A DNA stretch of 64,000 nucleotides from Nanobdellota archaeon (GTDB lineage: Archaea > Nanobdellota > Nanobdellia > Woesearchaeales > UBA9642). The translations under genes were made by a program, and so were the position numbers. The stretch spans positions 120,107 to 184,106 of the forward strand of contig JAKAKR010000013.1 in assembly GCA_021813435.1 (NCBI GenBank), written 5' to 3'. Below, piece after piece: positions 8,610 through 16,007 of the stretch. Each line of letters opens with the position of its first letter. The first letter of the stretch is position 1. Under the pieces are notes generated by a model. That model was not told where the DNA came from. It searched no databases and worked only from the letters and a program-made list of their open reading frames with translations.

Positions 8610-9242
8610 ATGGACCAATTAGCAATCGATCTTGCAATTATCCCGCCCGATGAGATTATAAAAAAAATTATACAGTTAAACAAGCAATTGACGTACAAAT
8701 CTCCGACATATTTCAATCTTGGAGAAATAGATTACCTGCCTCACATCACGCTTGCCATGGGAAGTGTCAATGCAAGAGACATCCCAAAGATTCAGCGCAG
8801 ACTAAAACAGATTACGGCGATGCATGAACCGATAAAGATCGTTGTAACAAAATGCATTGCACAAAAGAAACCTGATGCGACGTGGAGCTCGAATCTTGCG
8901 CTTCAGAAAACAAAAGCATTGAAAAAGATTCATGCAGATGTCATGGACGCAATGCAGCAGTTCTTTACCGGTGAGTCATCGGAAAACATGTTCATCACTC
9001 CTCCTGCAATAAACGAGAAAGCGTTGCGCTGGGTCGCGCAATACGCAAAAACCTCGGCATACGATAAGTATTACCCGCATATCACGCTCGGCAAGGGCAA
9101 ATCCCCGCAGATCAAACTGCCGATTTCTTTTGTTGTCTCAAGAATCGCGCTCTGCCATTTGGGCACGCACTGCACCTGCCGGCGTATCCTTGCAGAAGAA
9201 CGATTGCAGCGCGCATCGCAAAAAAACAAGAAGAGTCATTGA
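8610..9242 (+). CDS. 2H phosphoesterase (LigT / 2'-5' RNA ligase-like)
   Basis: Two H-x-T-x motifs (PHITLAMG and PHITLGKG) are spaced as in the 2H superfamily. Confidence 0.7.
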   Translation: MDQLAIDLAIIPPDEIIKKIIQLNKQLTYKSPTYFNLGEIDYLPHITLAMGSVNARDIPKIQRRLKQITAMHEPIKIVVTKCIAQKKPDATWSSNLALQKTKALKKIHADVMDAMQQFFTGESSENMFITPPAINEKALRWVAQYAKTSAYDKYYPHITLGKGKSPQIKLPISFVVSRIALCHLGTHCTCRRILAEERLQRASQKNKKSH

Positions 9243-9566
9243 TTACTGCTGCCGCGCGCGAATTGTTGCAATTTTCTGCGTCAGTGCCTGTTCAATATCC
9301 ACATGCATTGCCTTTGCAAGAAGCAGTGTTGCAAGGAGTACGTCTGCAAATTCAGCCGGCAGGTTATCCTTGTCGTGACTTTCGAGTTTCTGCTTGCGCT
9401 GCAATGCATTATACATAAGGACCTCATTGCAGAGTTCGCCGATCTCCTCAGTCAACTTCACTGTTCGCGCAAGAACCCGTTTCTCCTCATCCGGGTATCC
9501 GCCGTAAAGGTTGTGCAGGTACTGGTCTTCAAAGTCAATGAATGCATTCAATTCGGTGAATTCCAT
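9243..9566 (-). CDS. MazG-like nucleotide pyrophosphohydrolase
   Basis: 107 aa all-alpha protein. EEIGELCNEV and EFADVLLATLLLAKAMHVDIEQAL give the MazG-type E..E / E..D pattern. Confidence 0.7.
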   Translation of the reverse strand: MEFTELNAFIDFEDQYLHNLYGGYPDEEKRVLARTVKLTEEIGELCNEVLMYNALQRKQKLESHDKDNLPAEFADVLLATLLLAKAMHVDIEQALTQKIATIRARQQ

Positions 9567-9778
9567 GCCTGAAGAGATGCAGCGGGGTTTAACAAGTTTA
9601 CGCCGTGTCTGACTCTGGTGAAAATTTCACTGGCGTTCGTAGTCGCCATTCGCAGAATAATGTACTTTTTAATGGAAAATTGTCCCATTTGTAATTCTGG
9701 CCAATTTTCTCGCATAGACAATTATCCTGCTCATCTTAAGGCGACTCATATTTTCACCAGAGTGCATTCCCGAACAAA

Positions 9779-9788
9779 ATTTATAAAG
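9779..9788 (+). promoter_or_regulatory. TATA-like box for the NMD3-like gene
   Basis: atttataaag lies 18 nt upstream of ATG 9806. Confidence 0.4.
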
Positions 9789-9805
9789 AAGGCAGCATTC
9801 ATGGG

Positions 9806-10798
9806 ATGATGAAATCAGCACGGCTTTCTGGAAAATTCTGCCCGAAATGCGGAAATCCTGTGAGTGGGACAAAGACATTCTGCAAGGATTGCGCGACACC
9901 GGACTTTGACTTCAAGAAAATCCATATCGTTCTCTGCAATTCCTGCAGATCATACCAGTACAAGAACAAGTGGTCGTCGTATAAAGACATCAATGATGCC
10001 GCGCGCCATGTTGCTGAAGGGAGCATCAAGGCAAAGGTAAAGATTGGAAAGATCGACGATAAGACCTGTGAGGAGATGGCGACATTCAAGGCAGGGGTGC
10101 ATAGGGATTTTACTCTCGAAGTCGATTTCAAGCATGCAGTCTTTGAGATCCCTGCGTCCTATGAGGTCACGCTCTGTCCGAAATGCTCCAAGAAAGGTAC
10201 GAAATATTTCGAGTCAATACTCCAGGTGCGCAATGCGACGCCGGAGATCAATGCGTTCATCAAACATGAGGTCGAAAAACAGAAATCCAAGGGCATCTAT
10301 ATCAACAAGGAAGAGAAATTGAACAAGTATTCTGAAGAGAATGTGGACTACTCGCTCACAGACCAGACCTATGCAAAGGTCCTTGCAGAAAAATTGCACA
10401 AAACATTTGGCGCAACCATCAAGAAGAATGCACAATTATTCTCGATCAACTGGCAGACTGCAAAGAATGTCTACCGGCTCAATGTCCTGGTCGAAATCCC
10501 GGTATACAAGACTGGCGATGTCATCAAGGAAGAGGACACACTCTATAAGATCGTGAGCCTCGGGGCACGGATCGCAGTCAAGAATCTCAAGACTGAAAAG
10601 AAAACATCACTGCCGCACGATAATGAGTACCAGGTGTTAAAATCCGTCGCAGTCCAGGTCATCAAGAAATATCCTGAAGTCGAAGTCCTGGACCCGCAGA
10701 CCTATTATCAGGCGCGGCTCATGAATCCCCCTAAAACACTTGAAATCAACCAGAAGATCAAGGCAGTCATCGATGGATCAGAGGCATGGATGGTCTAA
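9806..10798 (+). CDS. NMD3-like 60S-subunit biogenesis/export factor homologue
   Basis: N-terminal CxxC pairs (CPKCGN...CKDC, CNSC) are followed by a ~250-aa beta-rich region. Size and Cys layout fit archaeal NMD3. Confidence 0.6.
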   Translation: MMKSARLSGKFCPKCGNPVSGTKTFCKDCATPDFDFKKIHIVLCNSCRSYQYKNKWSSYKDINDAARHVAEGSIKAKVKIGKIDDKTCEEMATFKAGVHRDFTLEVDFKHAVFEIPASYEVTLCPKCSKKGTKYFESILQVRNATPEINAFIKHEVEKQKSKGIYINKEEKLNKYSEENVDYSLTDQTYAKVLAEKLHKTFGATIKKNAQLFSINWQTAKNVYRLNVLVEIPVYKTGDVIKEEDTLYKIVSLGARIAVKNLKTEKKTSLPHDNEYQVLKSVAVQVIKKYPEVEVLDPQTYYQARLMNPPKTLEINQKIKAVIDGSEAWMV

Positions 10799-10810
10799 TC
10801 AATTCAGTAG

Positions 10811-12496
10811 TCACTCATCATAATCATTCAAATTGATCTGTCCCTTGCGCTTATTCTCTTTTACCTCAAGATGCTGCGGGTCAAGATCCTGTCCGACCTG
10901 TTTTTTGATGTCGAGCGCGATCGCCTTTCCGATGATCTGCGCAAGTGTTGCAAGGTCAACCTTCTTTACTGCAGCAATATCCTTGATCCTGTTATTGAAT
11001 AATTTTCGTGCACGCATGCGACCAATGCCCTTAAGCTGCAGGAGCGGGATGAGTTCCTCGCGCACCCCGTAATTGAGGCGGAACCGCAGTTTTGCAATAT
11101 CCTTGACAAGTGGATGCATCTTCAATAGTTTTGCGAGTTCCTCAGACGAATAGAGGAGCCAGTCTGCAAGTTCGCGCTTGCTGTTCAATTCTCCCGGCGT
11201 CACATTGAACTGTTCCAGGAGGTATTCCTCATCTTTTTCATCAAGCCATTCCAGAAAGAACTGCGTGGTCTTAAGCGAGGACAGGAATTCGTCATATTCG
11301 TCGCTGAATGGCTCGGCGATTGGAGTGAGCAGTTCTTCCTCGTGCTGGTTCATGAATGCGATGATCCGATCGACTTCTGCAACTTTCACCCGCAGGAGCG
11401 GGCGCAATTCCAGGCATGAAGAGATAAGGTGTGTATAAGAGAGTGGCGTGACTTTCTTTTCTGCAACAGCGGATTGGGCAATGGATGCAGCAGGGGATGC
11501 GATAGAGAATGCCTTTTGCATGTGCACAACCAGAAAGTTTGCAGTGTACGGGTCAAGGTATAATTCTGAGACGCGCCGTCCAACGATTGTTGCGGCAAGC
11601 TTGCGATCACTTGATGCGTCATGCGCAAAAGCGTATTTGAGCGCAGAGACAAAATCCGAATCAGCATCCTGCGCTGTTTTTTTCTCGATAAGGATAAATC
11701 CCCACTCCTCAAGTTGCTCAAGCATGTTCCGGATGATCTTGCGCAGGCGGTTCATGTCGCCGTATTCGTGCGCGTAAAAGGTCTTCTCGAAGAATTGCTC
11801 AAGTTCATAGGTTGTTCTGACGAATGCTGATGCGATGAGGCTCAGGATTGCAGTGCGCATGATGGGCTCGACTGCAAGTTTTGAGACTATTGCTTCAGGG
11901 ACTCCGGAGAGGTATTGCGCGATGAGTTCGCGCTTGTGCGGTTCTGAATCTGCAATGACAATTGCCTCGCCATGATCATCAAAACTTGGACGCCCTGCGC
12001 GGCCTGCCTGCTGTTCATATTCCAGGACCGGGATGTATTGCATTCCCCAATTGCCAAAGCGTTTGAGGTCGCGGATGATGACGCGATATGCCGGCAAATC
12101 AACACCCATTGCAAGGGTTGGCGTTGCGACAATGACCTTGACAATGCCCTTGCGGAAATGCTCCTCGATGAGATCGCGCTGTTTTGCCACAAGTCCGGAA
12201 TGATGGAATGCGACCCCTGCAAGAGCGATATGCGAGAGCCGCTGGCACTGTTTTGTCGGACTGTCAAGTGCATGCAGGATATCCTCAGAAAGTTTTGCAG
12301 TCGCCATTTCATCAATCAATTTTTTCTTTCGGAACTGGACTGCGATCTTTTCTGCAAGTGACTCTGCGGATTTCTTAGTGTTCACAAAGACAATGGCCTG
12401 TTTTTTGAGAAGGATGGTGTCAAGAGCGATATTGATACTTCCTTCACTGGTCTCCTCGGCAATATGCAAAGTCCGCGGCATATCCTTAGGTTTCAT
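10811..12496 (-). CDS. hel308: Hel308/Ski2-type helicase lacking the first RecA domain (RecA2 + WH + ratchet + HhH only)
   Basis: Motifs VAFHHSGL, VIVATPTLAMGVDLPA and QQAGRAGRP are present, plus a C-terminal HhH (LLQLKGIGRMRARKLF). There is no Walker A or DEAH anywhere in the ORF. The start codon is 14 nt from the 3' end of tRNA-Ile. Confidence 0.75.
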   Translation of the reverse strand: MKPKDMPRTLHIAEETSEGSINIALDTILLKKQAIVFVNTKKSAESLAEKIAVQFRKKKLIDEMATAKLSEDILHALDSPTKQCQRLSHIALAGVAFHHSGLVAKQRDLIEEHFRKGIVKVIVATPTLAMGVDLPAYRVIIRDLKRFGNWGMQYIPVLEYEQQAGRAGRPSFDDHGEAIVIADSEPHKRELIAQYLSGVPEAIVSKLAVEPIMRTAILSLIASAFVRTTYELEQFFEKTFYAHEYGDMNRLRKIIRNMLEQLEEWGFILIEKKTAQDADSDFVSALKYAFAHDASSDRKLAATIVGRRVSELYLDPYTANFLVVHMQKAFSIASPAASIAQSAVAEKKVTPLSYTHLISSCLELRPLLRVKVAEVDRIIAFMNQHEEELLTPIAEPFSDEYDEFLSSLKTTQFFLEWLDEKDEEYLLEQFNVTPGELNSKRELADWLLYSSEELAKLLKMHPLVKDIAKLRFRLNYGVREELIPLLQLKGIGRMRARKLFNNRIKDIAAVKKVDLATLAQIIGKAIALDIKKQVGQDLDPQHLEVKENKRKGQINLNDYDE

Positions 12497-12509
12497 AGGA
12501 AGAAAATAA

Positions 12510-12623
12510 TGAGCCCGGGGAGATTTGAACTCCCGACCTCACGATCTCTGTATGGATACTTTCGTATCAACAGGACTGACACATTTATCAGTCGTGCGCT
12601 CCACCAGGCTAAGCTACGGGCTC
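12510..12623 (-). tRNA. tRNA-Ile (anticodon GAU) with a ~40-nt intron after position 37
   Basis: Folded by hand. Acceptor GAGCCCG/CGGGCTC; D stem GCTT/GAGC; anticodon stem CACGA/TCGTG with loop CTGATAA; T arm GGGAG-TTCAAAT-CTCCC; discriminator A; no encoded CCA. Confidence 0.85.
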
Positions 12624-12638
12624 GAATGAATAGATAAG

Positions 12639-12746
12639 CGCCTCCGGGCAGGATCGAACTGCCGACCTCAAGATTGCTGTCGCAAATGTTTAAGAAAACA
12701 CCTGCGTTGTTAACAGTCTCGCGCTCCACCACTAAGCTACGGAGGC
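12639..12746 (-). tRNA. tRNA-Asn (anticodon GUU) with a ~36-nt intron after position 37
   Basis: Folded by hand. Acceptor GCCTCCG/CGGAGGC; D stem GCTT/GAGC; anticodon stem CGAGA/TCTTG with loop CTGTTAA; T arm GGCAG-TTCGATC-CTGCC; discriminator G; no encoded CCA. Confidence 0.85.
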
Positions 12747-12770
12747 GTATCCTAGCGAATTCGGGGGGCA

Positions 12771-12780
12771 TTTATAAATA
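12771..12780. promoter_or_regulatory. near-palindromic TATA-like box between tRNA-Asn and the ncRNA candidate
   Basis: tttataaata lies 25 nt upstream of the tRNA-Asn 5' end (minus strand) and about 19-28 nt upstream of the first helix of the candidate ncRNA (plus strand). Confidence 0.5.
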
Positions 12781-12798
12781 TTTTTGTTTCGAGAAGCT

Positions 12799-12990
12799 GT
12801 GCCGAAATCAGCATCACCATCTTAAGGGCAAACTGCATTACAGCATCCTGCAAATGCGTCGCGAGGTTTGGTCACTAGCGTTCTCAAATCTCTGTGAGAG
12901 GAAGTTCCATACGGGAACGCAGCATCATCCAGGATCAATGCGAACAGTTTGCAGATGGTGACCGCAGCGAAGCGAGGATGATTTCGGCAC
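12799..12990 (+). ncRNA. candidate structured RNA of unknown class (strand tentative)
   Basis: Three colinear, perfectly Watson-Crick helices: 12799-12810/12979-12990 (12 bp), 12815-12822/12953-12960 (8 bp) and 12828-12835/12945-12952 (8 bp). Inner hairpins include GTTCC-ATACG-GGAAC. A TATA-like box lies upstream and a short T-run (12995-12998) downstream. No convincing ORF. Confidence 0.4.
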
Positions 12991-13008
12991 AAAGGTTTTG
13001 AGGATAAA

Positions 13009-13018
13009 CTATTTAAAA
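13009..13018 (+). promoter_or_regulatory. TATA-like box for the DUF5989-SxtJ-carbamoyltransferase operon
   Basis: ctatttaaaa lies 21 nt upstream of ATG 13039. Confidence 0.45.
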
Positions 13019-13038
13019 CAAGGAATAACCAGGTAACT

Positions 13039-13200
13039 ATGACGCATAACCGACCGCTTCTCAGGGAATTATGGGACTTTCTGAAGGTACGCAAGAAGTG
13101 GTGGCTCACGCCCATTATCATCATGCTCATCATTGCCACGCTGCTCATTATCGCAAGCCAGAGCAGCCCGGTCAGCCCATTCATCTACTCATTGTTCTAA
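13039..13200 (+). CDS. DUF5989-family small membrane protein (53 aa, missing from the ORF track)
   Basis: Translated by hand: MTHNRPLLRELWDFLKVRKKWWLTPIIIMLIIATLLIIASQSSPVSPFIYSLF*. The LWxFLxxRKKWWLxPI...PFIY[ST]LF pattern matches my memory of the small protein encoded beside SxtJ/carbamoyltransferase genes. Confidence 0.7.
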   Translation: MTHNRPLLRELWDFLKVRKKWWLTPIIIMLIIATLLIIASQSSPVSPFIYSLF

Positions 13201-13217
13201 AGAGCGCAAGAGGATAC

Positions 13218-13694
13218 ATGAAGACCAGACGCACGCAAACCCGCATATACCCGACAAAAATCTTCCAGATTCTCGGATTTGCAAGTGCAATGCTGATACT
13301 TGCAACCATCCTCTTTTTCTGGCTCGTCCTGCTCAAAAGGATAGCATATTCCTGGAAAATATATGAGTACATCCTTTTCGGAATAATACTTGCAGTAATC
13401 ATATATAGTATTGTCCTCGCATGCAAAAGAGAGAGGATCATGACTGCAGAAGATGCAGGATTCTTTAAAGCATTCAAGAAAGGATTTCTTAACCTCGGAG
13501 AGATCATCGTAACCATGGTCAATTTCATCCTATTGCTCGTCGTGTATATCATCGGCGTCGGGATCACTGCGCTCATCGCAAGAATAACAGGCAAGCATTT
13601 TCTGGAACTCAAAAAACCAGAGCATATAAAGACCTACTGGAAGGAGTATGGACTAAAAAAAGAACCAAAAGAAAGATATTACCGGCAGTTTTGA
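13218..13694 (+). CDS. SxtJ-like membrane protein
   Basis: 158 aa, 3-4 TM, located between the DUF5989 and carbamoyltransferase genes as in the known triad. The His-rich N-terminal part of track ORF 13071 is an out-of-frame overlap with the DUF5989 gene. Confidence 0.55.
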   Translation: MKTRRTQTRIYPTKIFQILGFASAMLILATILFFWLVLLKRIAYSWKIYEYILFGIILAVIIYSIVLACKRERIMTAEDAGFFKAFKKGFLNLGEIIVTMVNFILLLVVYIIGVGITALIARITGKHFLELKKPEHIKTYWKEYGLKKEPKERYYRQF

Positions 13695-13749
13695 ATGATC
13701 ATACGGACAATTGCGGATACATAAAAAAATCAGCATGCGCGAGGAACAA

Positions 13750-15507
13750 ATGTATATTTTAGGGATCAGTTGCTATTATCATGATGCGGCAGCATGTCTC
13801 ATCAAGGACGGAAAGATCATTGCAGCAGCACAGGAAGAGCGCTTCACTAGAGTCAAGCACGACACAGCGTTCCCCCTCAACGCCATCAGATACTGCCTGC
13901 ATGCCGCAGGAATCACGATGCATGCCGTGGAATACTGCGCATTCTATGAAAAACCGCTTCTCAAATTTGAGCGCATCCTCTCGCAGCATCTCGAGATGTT
14001 TCCGCAGAGTTTTTCCACATTCGTCAAGGCGCTCCCTTCCTGGGTCAATGAGAAACTGCGCGTCCCAAAAAAACTCCGCAAGATAGGATACCGGGGCGAT
14101 GTATTCTTCGTCGAGCATCATCTTGCGCATGCTGCGGCAGGATTTCTTGCAAGCCCGTTCAAGAAAGCGGCAATACTTACCATTGATGGCGTCGGCGAGT
14201 GGGCAACAACAACTTACGGCATCGGCAATGGGACTGCAATCACGCTCGAAAAAAAGATTGAGTTCCCGCACTCCATCGGATTATTATACAGCGCAATCAC
14301 TGCATATCTGGGATTCAGTGTCAATAACGCAGAGTATAAGGTCATGGGTCTTGCAGCGTATGGCGCCATGAACAAACAAGAGAATACGTATTATGCAAGA
14401 CTGCGTAAAGTCATTGATATCAAGGATGACGGAAGCTTTTTTCTGGACATGTCCTATTTCACGTATCACTATGCCGACCGCATGCCCAGTAAAAGATTAT
14501 GCGCGCTCCTCGGCGGCAGGATAAGAAAACCGGGCGATGCGCTCACGAAGCGTCATCAGGACATTGCTGCAGCAGTTCAGCTCATCACTGAAGAGGTGAT
14601 CATGAAAATGCTCACTGCACTCGCGAGGAAGAGCCAGTGCACAGCAGTGGTTCTTTCCGGAGGGGTAGCGCTCAACAGTGTCGCCAATGGAAAGATACTC
14701 CAAAAGACCCCGTTCAAAAGAGTCTGGATCCCGCCGAATCCAGGCGATGGTGGCGCAGCGATCGGCGCAGCATATTATCTTTATAGTACAATACTCGGGC
14801 AAGGACGGGTTGCAGCCATGGATTCTGCATTTCTCGGACCAGAATATACTGATGCAGAGATCAGGGAATTTCTCGACCAGAACAACATTGCATATACGCA
14901 GTTTAGAAATACTGCTGAATTGATTGCAGAGACTGCATCACTCATCGCAAAAAACAATGTTGTTGCCTGGTTCCAGGGCAGAATGGAGTGGGGCCCGCGG
15001 GCGCTCGGCGCGCGAAGCATTCTTGCAAACCCCTGCAATCCTCGCATGCAACAAATCCTTAACGCAAAGGTCAAGCATCGCGAATTGTTCAGGCCATTTG
15101 CGCCAGTTGTCTGCCGCGAGGATGCACTGACATATTTTGAGTGCGATTCCCCGCTTCCCCAACCGACAGATTATATGCTCATGGTCTATGTCGTGAGAAA
15201 AACATTCAGAAAAAAATTACCTGCAATCACGCACGTCGACGGCACTGGGCGGCTGCAAACCATTGCCCGATCCCAACATACCAGGTATTATGATCTTATT
15301 AAGGCATTCGGAAAATTATCAGGGATTTCTATACTGATCAACACCTCATTCAATATCCGGGGTGAGCCGATTGTCTGCACCCCAAAAGACGCCTATCAAT
15401 GCATGATGGGAACCGGGATAGATTATCTTGTCATTGGATCATATCTTGTCCAGAGAAGCAGCAACTTGCAGGATGCATGGGATAGTGAACAGTACGCAAG
15501 GGACTGA
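13750..15507 (+). CDS. NodU/CmcH-family carbamoyltransferase
   Basis: MYILGISCYYHDAAACLIKDGKIIAAAQEERFTRVKHD is the canonical N-terminus. The C-terminal THVDGTGRLQT and NTSFNIRGEPIV motifs are present. The box ataaaaaaat ends 20 nt upstream of ATG 13750. Confidence 0.85.
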   Translation: MYILGISCYYHDAAACLIKDGKIIAAAQEERFTRVKHDTAFPLNAIRYCLHAAGITMHAVEYCAFYEKPLLKFERILSQHLEMFPQSFSTFVKALPSWVNEKLRVPKKLRKIGYRGDVFFVEHHLAHAAAGFLASPFKKAAILTIDGVGEWATTTYGIGNGTAITLEKKIEFPHSIGLLYSAITAYLGFSVNNAEYKVMGLAAYGAMNKQENTYYARLRKVIDIKDDGSFFLDMSYFTYHYADRMPSKRLCALLGGRIRKPGDALTKRHQDIAAAVQLITEEVIMKMLTALARKSQCTAVVLSGGVALNSVANGKILQKTPFKRVWIPPNPGDGGAAIGAAYYLYSTILGQGRVAAMDSAFLGPEYTDAEIREFLDQNNIAYTQFRNTAELIAETASLIAKNNVVAWFQGRMEWGPRALGARSILANPCNPRMQQILNAKVKHRELFRPFAPVVCREDALTYFECDSPLPQPTDYMLMVYVVRKTFRKKLPAITHVDGTGRLQTIARSQHTRYYDLIKAFGKLSGISILINTSFNIRGEPIVCTPKDAYQCMMGTGIDYLVIGSYLVQRSSNLQDAWDSEQYARD

Positions 15508-15529
15508 GCAATACGCTAAAATAATACAT

Positions 15530-15961
15530 TCATGACAGGGCATGTGCGGCAGTAGCGCGTAATTGTGCGATCTTCTTTTCTGTCTCCACGACTTCCTGCG
15601 GGATATGGTCAGTGATTTTTATGGTTGAAACACGCACAGTGAGTATGCGTTCATCGGTTTTGCGCGGGAGCGCTTTGAGCGCAGTGATAGTCATATACTC
15701 TTCTGTTGTCCGCGCGACTGCATACTGATGCCATCCGTTCAGCAATACCAATTGCACTGGTTTTTTGTTATGGTCAAGATGCAGTGTGATGACTTGTTCA
15801 AGATCCTCGAATGGACTAAAGAGGTTAAAGATAAAATAATTCCCTTCCTGATGCGGGATCCACAATGTTGATTCTATGGTCAGCCAGCGGAATGGCGCTC
15901 CATGCTCTAGTTCAGCCTCAAAGATTCCCCGTACACCCCAATAGTCTTCAATCATCGGCAT
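15530..15961 (-). CDS. stand-alone 'FRW' module protein (type A), unknown function
   Basis: 143 aa. GIFEAELEHGAPFRWLT...FNLFSPFEDLEQV...NGWHQYAV...RILTVRVSTIKITD aligns residue-for-residue with internal segments of the 19808 and 34549 ORFs. Confidence 0.6.
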   Translation of the reverse strand: MPMIEDYWGVRGIFEAELEHGAPFRWLTIESTLWIPHQEGNYFIFNLFSPFEDLEQVITLHLDHNKKPVQLVLLNGWHQYAVARTTEEYMTITALKALPRKTDERILTVRVSTIKITDHIPQEVVETEKKIAQLRATAAHALS

Positions 15962-16007
15962 ATTGTTCTCCGGTCATTCCTCTTGTTGTTTTTCTATTTT
16001 AATTATA

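Noticed and set aside
12493-12961. ORFs 12493-12771 (minus strand, 92 aa) and 12674-12961 (plus strand, 95 aa).
   Set aside because: Both run through the two tRNA genes and/or the self-complementary ncRNA candidate. The tRNA cloverleaves explain the sequence better.
12799-12990. Calling the structured element outright as SRP RNA or RNase P RNA.
   Set aside because: I saw only loose motif resemblance (AGG...GCAGCA; GAGGAAGUUCC). The apical loop is not GNRA, the length (~190 nt) is short for either RNA, and I cannot run covariance models. I kept it as an unknown ncRNA candidate.
13071-13217. The His-rich N-terminal extension (HAHYHHAHHCHAAH) of track ORF 13071-13694, which could look like a metal-binding peptide.
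   Set aside because: It is an alternative reading frame of the DUF5989 gene (13039-13200). The SxtJ-like protein plausibly starts at ATG 13218.
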